Assembly (NCBI GenBank): GCA_047284725.1
Contig: JBJBEO010000001.1
Coordinates: 1,208,203 to 1,272,202 of the forward strand
DNA: 64,000 bases
Reading direction: 5' to 3'
Source of the DNA: Synechococcus sp.
GTDB lineage: Bacteria; Cyanobacteriota; Cyanobacteriia; PCC-6307; Cyanobiaceae
A program made the translations under genes and the position numbers. This document shows positions 31,472 through 42,240 of the stretch, piece after piece (position 1 is the stretch's first letter; every line of letters starts with the position of its first letter). The notes below the pieces were generated by a model. The model saw nothing but the letters and a program-made list of their open reading frames with translations. It searched no databases and was not told where the DNA came from.

Positions 31472-32568
31472 AAGGGTTCGAGTGGAAGGCCCGTAATGGC
31501 AGGAAGACCCGCCATCAAATTGAGACATTGCACGCCCTGGCCTGCCTGACCCTTCATCAGGTTGTCGACAGCACTCATCAGGACCAGCTGTCCTGTGCGG
31601 TTATCCACTTGAACCGATAACAGGGCCTGATTGGTGTGTTTCGCCCACTTGGTGGCGGGATAAGTGCCCACTGGCAGGACCCTCACACAGGGGTGGTGCC
31701 GATACACCGCTTCCAACACCGTTCGGCAGTCATCAGCGGTCAGACCTGGATCACGAAGGCGGGCATAGACCGTGGACAGGAGTCCACGCACCATCGGCAC
31801 CAGATGAGGGGTGAACTGCAGGTTGATTCCACAGCCAGCCACTGCCGAGGCCATCTGTTCAATTTCAGAGGTGTGTCGATGCCCCACCACGCCATAGGGG
31901 CAGATGGACTCTGAGGCTTCTGCCAGCAGCAGGTGTTCCTTGGCTGCTCGTCCACCTCCGGACGTACCGGTTTTAGCGTCAATGATCAAGCCATCGGTTT
32001 CGATCAACCCCTGCTTCAGAAAAGGGAGCAACGGCAGCAGACTTGTGGTGGGGAAGCAGCCAGGAGCAGCCACCAGCCGTGCCTGAGCAATGGCGGGGCC
32101 TTCCCATTCCGGAAGGCCATAGACGGCTTCGTTGCACAGATCGGCATCATGACGTTGATGTTTCTGTGCTTCTTGCGCATACACCTGAGACCAGGTTTCC
32201 AGGGAGCGATAGCGGTAATCGGCTGAAAGGTCGACGACTCGTACACCGCGCTCCATCAACGGTGGTACCAACTGGCTGGCCAAACCGTTGGGGAGGCTGA
32301 GCACCGCGAAATCGGCCGCCTCCGCAATGGCCTCTGCTGATGGTGCTTCGACAAAAGGATCGTCGAGCAGGGGTAGAAACGGGCAGATCTCACTCCAGCG
32401 CTTCCCTGCACTGCGTTCTCCGCCGAGAAACGTGACGGCAAAGTTGGGGTGTCGCTGCAGCAGACGCAGGGTCTGAAGTCCCCCGTATCCTGAGGCACCG
32501 ATTACCGCAACGCGTCCAGCCATCCCTCCCGTGGCAATGGGTGTGGGAACTGTTGGGTTGGACTGCAT
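31462..32568 (-). CDS. argC: N-acetyl-gamma-glutamyl-phosphate reductase
   Basis: GASGYGG, DLSADYR, PGCFPT, GTSGGG, DNLMKGQAGQ; start 32568 or 32523. Confidence 0.97.
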   Translation of the reverse strand: MQSNPTVPTPIATGGMAGRVAVIGASGYGGLQTLRLLQRHPNFAVTFLGGERSAGKRWSEICPFLPLLDDPFVEAPSAEAIAEAADFAVLSLPNGLASQLVPPLMERGVRVVDLSADYRYRSLETWSQVYAQEAQKHQRHDADLCNEAVYGLPEWEGPAIAQARLVAAPGCFPTTSLLPLLPFLKQGLIETDGLIIDAKTGTSGGGRAAKEHLLLAEASESICPYGVVGHRHTSEIEQMASAVAGCGINLQFTPHLVPMVRGLLSTVYARLRDPGLTADDCRTVLEAVYRHHPCVRVLPVGTYPATKWAKHTNQALLSVQVDNRTGQLVLMSAVDNLMKGQAGQGVQCLNLMAGLPAITGLPLEPFYP

Positions 32569-32612
32569 GCGAGGAGATGGTGGTGGAGTGATCGTACCGA
32601 TGTCGATAATGA

Positions 32613-34343
32613 ATGCAGACCGTTGGCCATCGCAGACCCCTGAGCACGCCCTACGCCGCTGACGCCACCCCAACCGTTCGCTTCGATTCCATTCCCGACG
32701 CCCTGGCTGCCATTCGCAACGGCGAATGTGTCGTTGTTGTCGATGATGAGCGTCGTGAAAATGAAGGTGATCTGATCTGTGCTGCTCAGTACGCCACGCC
32801 AGATCAGATCAATTTCATGGCCACCCATGCGCGTGGTTTGATCTGCCTCGCCATGGAGGGGCAGCAGCTTGATGCCCTTGATCTGCCACTGATGGTGGAT
32901 CGCAACACCGACGCCAATCAGACAGCCTTCACGGTGAGCATTGATGCCGGTCCAGAGAATGGCGTCACCACGGGGATCTCCGCCGAAGACCGATCACGCA
33001 CCATCCAAGTGGCGTTAAGACCGAATGCCCGTCCCACTGACCTGCGTCGACCCGGTCACATCTTTCCACTGCGCGCCCGTCAAGGGGGTGTGCTCAAGCG
33101 CGCGGGACATACCGAAGCCGCCATTGACCTCTCAGCTCTTGCCGGACTGATGCCAGCCGGCGTGATCTGCGAAATCCAGAATGCCGACGGCTCCATGGCC
33201 CGGCTTGCTCAACTGCGGCAGTACGCGGATCAGTGGAAGCTGCGCCTGATCAGCATCGCTGATCTGATTCGTTACCGCCTCGAAAATGAGCGCTTTGTGG
33301 TGCGTCAGGCCCATGCAGCCCTGCCGAGCGCCTTCGGAGAATTCAAGGCGATTGGATACCGGAATGAGCTGGACGGCAGTGAACACATTGCCATCGTGAA
33401 AGGCAATCCGGAAGACCTGCGGGAGCCTGTGCTCGTGCGGATGCATTCGGAATGCCTGACCGGCGATGCATTCGGATCCCTTCGCTGTGATTGTCGTCCC
33501 CAATTGGAAGCAGCTCTTCGTCGGATTGAAGTCGAAGGCGAAGGGGTGGTGGTTTATCTGCGCCAGGAAGGCCGTGGAATCGGCCTCATCAACAAATTGA
33601 AGGCTTATAGCCTTCAGGATGGGGGACTTGACACCGTCGAGGCGAATGAAAAGCTCGGTTTCCCAGCGGATCTGCGTAATTACGGTGTTGGTGCACAGAT
33701 CCTGAGTGATCTCGGCATTCACCGGCTCCGGTTGCTGACCAACAATCCACGCAAGATTGCAGGTCTTGGGGGCTATGGCCTTGAAGTCGTTGATCGTGTT
33801 CCTCTGGTGATCGATCCAGGCGATCACAACGCCGACTACCTTGCTGCCAAACGCGACAAGCTCGGCCATCTCATTCAGCAGGGAGTGGCCATGCCCCTCA
33901 GCGCCACCTCAACGGAGACGCCCATCCAAACGCCCAGTCAAACAGTGATCAGCTGGGATGGAGACTGCAACATCGACCAGCTGCCCCTGATTCGCTCCCG
34001 TAGCGAATCCGCTGCCAGTTCTCTGCAAATCAGCCTGCGGGCGAGCTCTTCACCTCGGCTTCTTGCTTTATGGGAACGCCCCGCATTCGCATGGTCAATC
34101 GTGGATCAACCCACGGGTGCAGGGACTGCGTCCTACCTCACTCGTCTGCGGGCCCTGCTGGAAACGATGGCGTCCTGGCCAGAAACCCAACGAATCGGTC
34201 TCTACACAGCCGCCTCGATGGAACAGCTGAATCATCCACCCCAGACGGCAGAGCGAATCGAACGATCGCTCGAAACGCTCCGTAAGGGGGAAATGCAAGA
34301 ACAGAACCAGCTTGATCAGCCAGTCCTGTTGCAATGGAGCTGA
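32613..34343 (+). CDS. ribBA: Bifunctional DHBP synthase / GTP cyclohydrolase II
   Basis: [47 protein letters not shown]; exact start uncertain. Confidence 0.97.
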   Translation: MQTVGHRRPLSTPYAADATPTVRFDSIPDALAAIRNGECVVVVDDERRENEGDLICAAQYATPDQINFMATHARGLICLAMEGQQLDALDLPLMVDRNTDANQTAFTVSIDAGPENGVTTGISAEDRSRTIQVALRPNARPTDLRRPGHIFPLRARQGGVLKRAGHTEAAIDLSALAGLMPAGVICEIQNADGSMARLAQLRQYADQWKLRLISIADLIRYRLENERFVVRQAHAALPSAFGEFKAIGYRNELDGSEHIAIVKGNPEDLREPVLVRMHSECLTGDAFGSLRCDCRPQLEAALRRIEVEGEGVVVYLRQEGRGIGLINKLKAYSLQDGGLDTVEANEKLGFPADLRNYGVGAQILSDLGIHRLRLLTNNPRKIAGLGGYGLEVVDRVPLVIDPGDHNADYLAAKRDKLGHLIQQGVAMPLSATSTETPIQTPSQTVISWDGDCNIDQLPLIRSRSESAASSLQISLRASSSPRLLALWERPAFAWSIVDQPTGAGTASYLTRLRALLETMASWPETQRIGLYTAASMEQLNHPPQTAERIERSLETLRKGEMQEQNQLDQPVLLQWS

Positions 34344-34349
34344 TCAGAA

Positions 34350-34790
34350 TCAGTCCTCAACCGTCACTTTGTTGATGCGTGAGCCATTGCTGAGCGCCAG
34401 GACCACATCCATGTCGCCGGTCTGACCGAACACGGTATGCACTCCATCGAGGTGGGGCTGGGCTTCGTGAACGATGAAGAACTGACTGCCACCGGTGTTC
34501 TTGCCGGCATGGGCCATCGACAAGGCACCAGGGCCATGTTTGCGACTGTTGATTTCGCAGTTGATGGTGTAGCCAGGGCCGCCTGTGCCGGCCATTCCAC
34601 GAGCACCCTCGCGGGAATTCGGACAGCCGCCTTGCGCCATAAACCCTGGGATCACGCGATGGAAGGCGAGTCCGTCATAGAAGCCCTCCTTCGCGAGCTT
34701 CACAAAGTTCGCCACTGTGTTGGGGGCGTCGTTGTCGAACATCTCCAGGCGGATCTTTCCTGCCTCGGTGTCCATCAGAACAGTGGTCAA
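34350..34790 (-). CDS. Cyclophilin-type peptidyl-prolyl isomerase
   Basis: [40 protein letters not shown]. Confidence 0.96.
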   Translation of the reverse strand: MTTVLMDTEAGKIRLEMFDNDAPNTVANFVKLAKEGFYDGLAFHRVIPGFMAQGGCPNSREGARGMAGTGGPGYTINCEINSRKHGPGALSMAHAGKNTGGSQFFIVHEAQPHLDGVHTVFGQTGDMDVVLALSNGSRINKVTVED

Positions 34791-34852
34791 AGTGCTGCCA
34801 CGAAACGATCATGCTAGGCCGATGCAGGATGGTGCGAACTCCACCTGACGCC

Positions 34853-35767
34853 ATGACCACTGCTGCCCTGAACGAGCGAATGCGACAGGCAAGGGTTGGG
34901 GTGATTGGGGGCAGTGGTCTCTATGCCATTGAAGGGCTCGAGGACATCTCAGAGGTGGTGTTGGAGACCCCCTATGGGCAGCCCTCCGATGCCTATCGAA
35001 CTGGACGTTTGCATGGTGTGGATGTGGTCTTTCTGGCCCGCCATGGACGCGGCCATCACCTCCTGCCAACGGAGGTTCCTTATCGAGCCAACATCTGGGG
35101 AATGCGTTCGTTACAGGTGGGATGGCTGATTTCCATCTCTGCTGTTGGTTCCCTGCAGGAGCAGCTCAAACCTCGTGACATGGTGGTGCCGAACCAATTC
35201 ATTGATCGCACGATGCAACGCCCGGCCAGCTTTTTTGGTCAGGGTTGCGTAGCCCATGTGAGCCTGGCGGAGCCTTTCTGTGCCGAGCTCAGCAACATGT
35301 TGGCCACTGCGGCTGAAGCCTCCATGCCAGTAGGACAGACCCTTCACCGGGGGGGGACGTACCTCTGCATGGAGGGCCCCGCCTTTTCCACCAAAGCAGA
35401 GAGTGAGCTCTATCGCAGTTGGGGCTGTGATGTCATTGGTATGACGAATCACACGGAAGCTCGTTTGGCCCGTGAGGCTGAAATCGCCTACGCCTCCCTG
35501 AGCATGGTCACCGACTACGACTGCTGGCATACCGATCACGATGCTGTCAGCGTCGACATGGTGATTGCCAATCTGCAGGCCAACGCAGCAGCCACCGGTC
35601 CGATACTTCAAGGCTTGATGGAGGGCCTCAGAGCCAACAGGCCCCAGTCCGCTGCCCACACCGCCTTGGCGGATGCCCTGATGACACGCCCGGAGACCGT
35701 GCCGGATTCAACACGAGAGGCGCTTGATCTCTTCACCAGCCCCTATTGGGGAGCCTTCAGGGCGTGA
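34853..35767 (+). CDS. mtnP: S-methyl-5'-thioadenosine phosphorylase
   Basis: GVIGGSG, LARHG, SAVGSL, EGPAFST.AES, IGMT, VTDYDCW. Confidence 0.95.
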   Translation: MTTAALNERMRQARVGVIGGSGLYAIEGLEDISEVVLETPYGQPSDAYRTGRLHGVDVVFLARHGRGHHLLPTEVPYRANIWGMRSLQVGWLISISAVGSLQEQLKPRDMVVPNQFIDRTMQRPASFFGQGCVAHVSLAEPFCAELSNMLATAAEASMPVGQTLHRGGTYLCMEGPAFSTKAESELYRSWGCDVIGMTNHTEARLAREAEIAYASLSMVTDYDCWHTDHDAVSVDMVIANLQANAAATGPILQGLMEGLRANRPQSAAHTALADALMTRPETVPDSTREALDLFTSPYWGAFRA

Positions 35768-35842
35768 TGTCCTCAACATGCAAAGTCAGACAGGTGTGGA
35801 TCCTGGGTGCGATCTCTGTCGCCGGTGAGAGTGAAGCGTCCG

Positions 35843-36802
35843 TCAGGCGGACTTCAGGGAGACACCGCAACTCTTCAAGGCATCTCTGAGCTGATTGTGA
35901 TGGTCCTGAAGGACCTTGATCGAATCGGAAGCTGACAAGCCACTGGCTGCCATCAGCAGTGCAACCTTCACCGATCCATCAGCCTCCTTCAGCAACACCA
36001 TGGCCTCGTCCCTGGGGACACCAGCCAGGTCGCGCAGAATGCGCAGAGAGCGATCCACCAGCTTGCTGTTGGTGGCAGCGACATCCACCATCCGGTTCCC
36101 GTAGACCTTGCCCAGGCGCACCATCACGGCGGTGGAGATCACATTCAGAGCCATCTTCGTGGCGGTTCCCGCCTTCAGTCGTGTGGAACCGGTAAGCAGT
36201 TCAGGTCCGGTGAGCAGACGAATGTCGATGGTGCAGGGCATGGGCGCCTGATCTGCCGGGACACAAGCCATGGCGATCGCGAGTGCTCCCACGTTCATGG
36301 CATGGTCAAGGGCTCCATGCACATAGGGCGTTGTCCCCCCAGCGGCGATGCCGATGAGACAGTCACCGGGACCGAAGTGTCTTGCATTCAGATCCTCTAC
36401 TCCACCTGCCCGGAGATCCTCCAGACCTTCAGAGCTCTTCAGAAGGGCGGCAGCACCTCCGGCCAGGATTCCCTGAACGAGTTCTGGTGGACTGCAGAAC
36501 GTTGGAGGGCATTCAGCAGCATCCAGGACCCCGAGCCTGCCGGAGGTCCCAGCTCCCACGTAGAACAACCGACCACCCCTGGCAAGGCGTTGCGAAATCT
36601 GCTCCACAGCATCAGTAATCGCGGCTGACGCCGCCGCAACCGCCTGCTGAGGTTTCAGGTCTTCACTGATGAACAGATTCACCAGATCGGAACAAGACAG
36701 TGTGTCGAGTTCACTGCTGCGGGGATTGGCCTGTTCCGTCAGCAGATGCCCCCTGTCTTCAGAAGCGTGCATAGCGTGAACGCCTTGTGGGCTTGATGTC
36801 AT
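35843..36802 (-). CDS. murQ: N-acetylmuramic acid 6-phosphate etherase
   Basis: TEQANP, GAGTSGRLGVLDAAECPPTF, GSTRLKAGTA, GKVYGNRMVD. Confidence 0.97.
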   Translation of the reverse strand: MTSSPQGVHAMHASEDRGHLLTEQANPRSSELDTLSCSDLVNLFISEDLKPQQAVAAASAAITDAVEQISQRLARGGRLFYVGAGTSGRLGVLDAAECPPTFCSPPELVQGILAGGAAALLKSSEGLEDLRAGGVEDLNARHFGPGDCLIGIAAGGTTPYVHGALDHAMNVGALAIAMACVPADQAPMPCTIDIRLLTGPELLTGSTRLKAGTATKMALNVISTAVMVRLGKVYGNRMVDVAATNSKLVDRSLRILRDLAGVPRDEAMVLLKEADGSVKVALLMAASGLSASDSIKVLQDHHNQLRDALKSCGVSLKSA

Positions 36803-36808
36803 GGTTGT

Positions 36809-37225
36809 TCAGAGCAGCCCTTCAAGCCTGCGCCTGATGGCATCGAGGTCATTGTTGGATGATGTTTCTGGGGGAGCTGTGGCTTGGCTCTCGTCCATGT
36901 CAGCGTCCTGCCAACCGCTGACATCCCGGTTTGATGAGGGCGGGGCCAGCAACAGTCGCTCTTCATCGGTCTTTGGGACAAAACCCGATTCGACAAAACG
37001 TGCCTGATAGCCGGCCTTCAAGCAGAAAATTTCGATTTCCTCCCGGTCGAGGGCTTCAATCGAAGGCACAGGGAAGTCTTGGGCCTCGAGCAATCCTGCA
37101 TAACGCTCGGCGTCGTCTCCGTTCTCGAACATCAGCACCACCGTGTTGCCGGAAAGTTCGAGGGAGTGAATGCCTTCGCTGTCCTGCCCGGCGTCGTAAA
37201 GGAGAACGTGAACCAGCATTCGCAT
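36809..37225 (-). CDS. DUF3110 family protein
   Basis: VLLYDAG..EGIHSL, DAERYAGLLEAQDFP, C-terminal LDAIRRRLEGLL. Confidence 0.85.
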   Translation of the reverse strand: MRMLVHVLLYDAGQDSEGIHSLELSGNTVVLMFENGDDAERYAGLLEAQDFPVPSIEALDREEIEIFCLKAGYQARFVESGFVPKTDEERLLLAPPSSNRDVSGWQDADMDESQATAPPETSSNNDLDAIRRRLEGLL

Positions 37226-37263
37226 TACAGAAGCGACCTCAGTTTGTCATCGAAGCTTCTCGC

Positions 37264-38199
37264 TCACGACTCCTCGGCCTCGAGAGCAAGCTCCTGCAAA
37301 CGTCGGTAGAGAGCCCGTTCCGCATCACTGAGCTGAGCTGGAATTACAACCACCACCTCAACGAGTTGGTCTCCACGCTGCTCATCAAGCTCCAGGCCTC
37401 GGCCGCGCAAGCGCAGCAGCCTTCCACTTGACGATCCAGGAGGCACCTGCAGCATCACTGGACCCGAAAGGGTGGGTACTTCGACGGCGCAGCCGAGGGC
37501 TGCATCAGCCGGCAGCAGCTCCAGTCGGTAGTGAACCCTCAATCCATCAATGCGAAGCCCGTCTTCGGTCTGCACACGCAACTGGAGAAAATGATCCCCA
37601 CCGCCAACGGTGACCCCTGTCAGACGCAGCCTCCAGCCATCTCCTGCCAAGGGAGGCGTCTGCACCTCAACCACGGTTCCATCAGGCAGTTGCAATTCAA
37701 CGGCTGTTCCCAGCAACGCCTGATCTGCTGTCAACAGAACGTCGGTTTCAAGCTGATCGGCGGCTCGAACCGGAGGTGGCGGCGGCGGTGGTGTGGTGGT
37801 GGGCCAGTCAGTTGAGGCGGCACGGGCACGATCATCGTGCTCTTGCCTCCCATGGAGATCGTCCTCTGAGGATTCCCTGGCAGGTCGCCATTGCGGTGCA
37901 TCCCCCAGCACCACGGCCAGGTAGTCCTCAAACTCTGGGAACCCCGAAGCAAACGGGTCATCACTGATGCTGGTGTCCCGTCCGCCTCCTTCCCAGGCTC
38001 GACGCCTTTTGGGGTCACTGAGAACGGCATAGGCCTCGTTCACCAGCTTGAAACGTTCTTCAGCCTCTTGATCATTGGCATTGAGGTCGGGATGCCAACG
38101 TCGTGCCTCGCGCCGAAAAGCGCGTTTCAGTGCATCCGCGTCACTATCGGGTTCAAGGCCGAGGAGAGACCAGTAGTTGGGCTCAGCGGTAGAAGTCAT
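37264..38199 (-). CDS. DnaJ-family co-chaperone (J domain plus C-terminal domain, no zinc finger)
   Basis: J domain with HPD, FKLVNEAY.VLSD, C-terminal LRLRGRG..GDQLV; start MTSTAEPNYW overlaps the dnaK end. Confidence 0.92.
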   Translation of the reverse strand: MTSTAEPNYWSLLGLEPDSDADALKRAFRREARRWHPDLNANDQEAEERFKLVNEAYAVLSDPKRRRAWEGGGRDTSISDDPFASGFPEFEDYLAVVLGDAPQWRPARESSEDDLHGRQEHDDRARAASTDWPTTTPPPPPPPVRAADQLETDVLLTADQALLGTAVELQLPDGTVVEVQTPPLAGDGWRLRLTGVTVGGGDHFLQLRVQTEDGLRIDGLRVHYRLELLPADAALGCAVEVPTLSGPVMLQVPPGSSSGRLLRLRGRGLELDEQRGDQLVEVVVVIPAQLSDAERALYRRLQELALEAEES

Positions 38200-40180
38200 C
38201 GTCCCAGGGATCCATCCCTTGTCGTGAACTGCCGTAGCGCTCAGGGGCAGAACGTCCGCCGGAGGTCGCCCAGGGATCGTCGTCCCAGTCGTCATCAGCG
38301 AACAGTTCGTCTTTCAGGGAACCCAGGGTGTTCCGAATGCCCTGGAGTGGGCTCGATTCCGACCGTCGTTCCGCAGAAAGGCGTCGATTCAAGCCAAACA
38401 TCGCTTCTTGCAGCGCACTGACGCTGAGTTCGAGTTCCTGAAGATCGTTCTGCTCGAGACGATCTTGAAGATCACGCATCGCCATCTCCACGGCTCTTTG
38501 CTGCCTTTCCGCCCCGTAGGGACCCAGTTCCAATGCAGCATCACGCAACCGACGTTCTGCCTGGGACACGAGGGTGAGTGCTCTGTTGCGGCGTTCGATG
38601 GCTGCTCGAGTGCGGCGGTCTTCATCCGCGCTCGCCTCGGCTTCAGCCAGCAGAGCCTGCAACTCATCCTCATTCAGATTGGATCCACCTTGGATCGTCA
38701 CCGACTGCTTTCTGCCGGTGGTGCGATCCGTGGCACTGACCTGAAGAATGCCGTTGGCATCGATATCAAAGGCCACCTGAATTTGAGGCACGCCTCGAGG
38801 TGCAGGGGGAATGCCTGACAAACGGAATCGTCCCAGGGACTTGTTATCAGAGGCCATCTGGCGCTCCCCCTGCCAGATATGGATTTCAACGGAGGATTGA
38901 TTCGATTCCGACGTGCTGAACACATCGGATTGCCGCACAGGGATCGGAGTGTTGCGGGGGATGAGCACCTTCATCAACCCGCCCACAGTCTCCAGGCCAA
39001 GGGAAAGGGGGGTCACGTCATTGAGCATGAGGTCCCTCAGCTCACCGGTGAGAATGCCTGCTTGGACGGCAGCACCCACCGCCACCACTTCATCTGGATT
39101 GACTGACTGGCAGGGATCGTGAGGAATCAGCGTGCGCACCAGCTGTTGAACCATCGGCATGCGCGTGCTGCCTCCTACAAGAACCACATCATCGATGTCT
39201 TCGGCAGCCCAGCCGGAGTCGCGCATCGCTGACTGCACGGGTACAAGCAGACGGTCGAGAAGATCGGGACACAGGCTCTCAAACGTGCTCCGTTCAAGAC
39301 TGGACTCAATATGCAGTGGACCATCGTCACCCGTGGCGATGAAGGGTAGGGAAATCGGAGTGCTGGTCACACCGGACAACTCCTGCTTGGCCTTCTCTGC
39401 GGCCTCCGTGAGGCGTTGAAGGGCCTGCCTGTCTCGCCGTAAATCAAGACCGTAAGCCTTGAGAAAGTCTTCAGCGAGCCAATCAACGATGCGTTGATCG
39501 AAGTCATTGCCTCCGAGCTGTGTATCACCGTTCGTGCTTTTCACATCGAAGACACCATTCGCAACACGCAGCAATGACACGTCAAAGGTGCCTCCGCCCA
39601 GATCGAAGACCAGTACGCGTTTCACGGCACTGCGATCAAAGCCGTAGGCCAGCGCTGCAGCCGTTGGTTCGTTGAGGATTCGCTCCACCTCCAGACCAGC
39701 CAATCGTCCGGCATCTCGGGTGGCCTGACGTTGGGCGTCGTTGAAATAGGCAGGAACGGTGATCACTGCAGCCTCGACTGTTTCTCCCAGGTATGTGGAG
39801 GCGTCGTCAACAAGCTTGCGCAGGATGCTGGCAACAAGCTCCTCTGGGGCGTATTCCCGTTCGGTGATCGGGCATGCCACACGCACGTTGTTCTGAGCAT
39901 TCGCCCGCACCGTGTACGGCACCGTGAGGCTGCTGTCGTCGAGCTCATCCCAGGTCCGACCGACAAACCGCTTGAGATTCGAAAAGGTATTGCGCGGGCT
40001 CAAGACCAGCTGACGCCGAGCGGCCTGCCCGACCAGCAGCTCAGCATCCTTGGTGTAACCAACGACCGATGGGGTCGTTCGTGTTCCCTCGGCATTGGCA
40101 ATCACCTGTGGCCGACCTGCTTCGAGGACAGCCACCACGGAGTTGGTCGTTCCAAGGTCGATTCCGACGATCCGCCCCAT
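38183..40180 (-). CDS. dnaK: Hsp70 chaperone DnaK (DnaK3-like)
   Basis: GIDLGTTNS, DLGGGTFD, VGGSTR, DVTPLSLG; acidic DDDWDDD tail. Confidence 0.97.
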   Translation of the reverse strand: MGRIVGIDLGTTNSVVAVLEAGRPQVIANAEGTRTTPSVVGYTKDAELLVGQAARRQLVLSPRNTFSNLKRFVGRTWDELDDSSLTVPYTVRANAQNNVRVACPITEREYAPEELVASILRKLVDDASTYLGETVEAAVITVPAYFNDAQRQATRDAGRLAGLEVERILNEPTAAALAYGFDRSAVKRVLVFDLGGGTFDVSLLRVANGVFDVKSTNGDTQLGGNDFDQRIVDWLAEDFLKAYGLDLRRDRQALQRLTEAAEKAKQELSGVTSTPISLPFIATGDDGPLHIESSLERSTFESLCPDLLDRLLVPVQSAMRDSGWAAEDIDDVVLVGGSTRMPMVQQLVRTLIPHDPCQSVNPDEVVAVGAAVQAGILTGELRDLMLNDVTPLSLGLETVGGLMKVLIPRNTPIPVRQSDVFSTSESNQSSVEIHIWQGERQMASDNKSLGRFRLSGIPPAPRGVPQIQVAFDIDANGILQVSATDRTTGRKQSVTIQGGSNLNEDELQALLAEAEASADEDRRTRAAIERRNRALTLVSQAERRLRDAALELGPYGAERQQRAVEMAMRDLQDRLEQNDLQELELSVSALQEAMFGLNRRLSAERRSESSPLQGIRNTLGSLKDELFADDDWDDDPWATSGGRSAPERYGSSRQGMDPWDDDFYR

Positions 40181-40325
40181 ATCCGTGCGTTGCGTGGTCC
40201 CAAGTTACCGGTCCCGACCCATCAGCCCAAAGTCTGTGACGTGGCCGACTCACCTTTGAATAACCACGCCTTAATGATGGGGCTAACCCTCTGCACGTAG
40301 CTTTAAGAGTGAGAGCACCTGAGGT

Positions 40326-41276
40326 ATGGCCATCGACCCCAAGGGGACGTATCAGTTAAGACACCGCCCTGCCTCTGAAAAGCTTGTGGACACAGGCTTC
40401 AATGTCGGCACTGTGTTGATGGCATCCATGGTCGCCGTGGTCTTGTTTGCCATCCTGATGATCGTGTTCTTCGGCTCTCTCGAGTCGATTCAGCGCTATG
40501 GGTGGCGTTTTCTCGTCACCTCTGCCTGGAATCCTGTTGAAGACGAATACGGTGCACTCACAGCGATCTATGGAACGCTGGTCACATCGCTTGTGTCGCT
40601 CCTTATCGCTGTTCCTCTAGGCGTTGGTACAGCCATTTTCATCACCGAAAGCTTTATTCCCAAGCCAGTCCGTGCCGTGATCGGATTGATGGTGGAACTG
40701 TTGGCAGCCATTCCTTCCGTCGTTCTTGGCCTGTGGGCCATTTTTGTTCTGGAACCCGCCATACGACCCGGTCTGAATTGGCTCTATGAGAACTTCCAGG
40801 AGATCCCACTGTTCAGCACAAAACCCCTGGGGCCCGGCACTGCACCTGCAATTCTTGTGCTGGTGGTGATGATTCTTCCCATCATTACGGCCATCTCCAG
40901 AGATTCTCTGAATCAAGTTCCCAACAGGCTGAGACAGGCGGCCTATGGAGTTGGCAGTACTCGATGGACTGCCATCCTGCATGTGATTCTGCCTGCTTCC
41001 ATCTCAGGAATTGTTGGCGGTGTCATGTTGGCCCTGGGTCGTGCCATGGGAGAGACCATGGCCGTCACGATGATCATTGGCAATTCCAATAATTTCAGCT
41101 GGTCTTTGCTGGCTCCAGGTAATACGATTGCAGCCATGTTGGCCAATCAGTTTGGTGAAGCCGATGGCAGCCAGGTGTCATCCTTGATGTATGCGGCATT
41201 GGTGCTGATTATTCTGACGCTTTTTGTGAATATTCTCGCTCAATTGGTAGTCAAGCGTCTAAGTCTGAAGTACTGA
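40326..41276 (+). CDS. pstC: Phosphate ABC transporter permease PstC
   Basis: AWNP, ELLAAIPSVV.GLW, LGRAMGETMAV. Confidence 0.97.
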   Translation: MAIDPKGTYQLRHRPASEKLVDTGFNVGTVLMASMVAVVLFAILMIVFFGSLESIQRYGWRFLVTSAWNPVEDEYGALTAIYGTLVTSLVSLLIAVPLGVGTAIFITESFIPKPVRAVIGLMVELLAAIPSVVLGLWAIFVLEPAIRPGLNWLYENFQEIPLFSTKPLGPGTAPAILVLVVMILPIITAISRDSLNQVPNRLRQAAYGVGSTRWTAILHVILPASISGIVGGVMLALGRAMGETMAVTMIIGNSNNFSWSLLAPGNTIAAMLANQFGEADGSQVSSLMYAALVLIILTLFVNILAQLVVKRLSLKY

Positions 41277-42175
41277 TGTCAACAACATCTCAATCTCAGT
41301 CAAGATCCATACCTGATCTCAGGTTTAAACCACTGCGGCGTCGCAATGTCTTAGAGGCATTGCTCACGACAGTGGCATCTCTATTCTCCTTGATTGCTGT
41401 CTTACCCCTACTGTTTGTACTGGGCTATGTGTTGATCGAGGGATCCAGCAAGTTAAGCCTCGATTTGTTTTTATTGGAGCAACCTGCTCCCGGACTGGAT
41501 GGAGGGGGCATTGGCAATGCCATCCAGGGATCATTCATGGTCACGTCCATCGCCAGTGCAATTGCCATACCCATCGGGATTGGAGGCGGCATTTTTCTAT
41601 CTGAGTATTCAAAATCCGGGTGGTTTTCTCAGTTCATCCGATTTGGAACCAACGTTTTGTCCGGTGTTCCTTCAATTATTGCTGGCATTTTCGTCTACAG
41701 CTCCATTGTTTCCACCCGTCTTCTCTTCGGCCACTCCTACAGCGCGATTGCAGGTGGAATTGCACTATCGGTTCTGATGTTGCCAACGGTCATCAAGACC
41801 ACCGATGAAGGACTCAAACTGGTTCCTGATGATCTTCGCCGCGCAGCACTGGGCGTTGGTTCCTCCAGGTTTGTGACCATCATTCGAATCACTCTTCCCT
41901 GCGCTTCGACCTCGATCGCCACGGGAATCGTGCTCTCGATTGCCCGTGCTGCGGGAGAGACGGCACCTCTCATCTTCACAGCCCTTTACTCACCTTGGTG
42001 GGCAGACGGTGCGTTCAATCCGGTCGGCACCCTGTCAGTTTTGATCTTCAAGTTCGCCAACATGCCTTATGAGGTCCAGAAGCAACTCGCCTGGGCAGCC
42101 TCATTTGTGCTCGTGATGTTCATTCTTCTTCTCAATCTCCTGGCACGATGGATTAACAGGCTCACGTCGAAGTAA
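41276..42175 (+). CDS. pstA: Phosphate ABC transporter permease PstA
   Basis: [25 protein letters not shown]. Confidence 0.97.
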   Translation: MSTTSQSQSRSIPDLRFKPLRRRNVLEALLTTVASLFSLIAVLPLLFVLGYVLIEGSSKLSLDLFLLEQPAPGLDGGGIGNAIQGSFMVTSIASAIAIPIGIGGGIFLSEYSKSGWFSQFIRFGTNVLSGVPSIIAGIFVYSSIVSTRLLFGHSYSAIAGGIALSVLMLPTVIKTTDEGLKLVPDDLRRAALGVGSSRFVTIIRITLPCASTSIATGIVLSIARAAGETAPLIFTALYSPWWADGAFNPVGTLSVLIFKFANMPYEVQKQLAWAASFVLVMFILLLNLLARWINRLTSK

Positions 42176-42240
42176 ATCGCTTCCCCCGTGTCTTTTGCAC
42201 AGCAATCCCTCTCATCGTTCTCAGTTCTCACCCTGATCCC

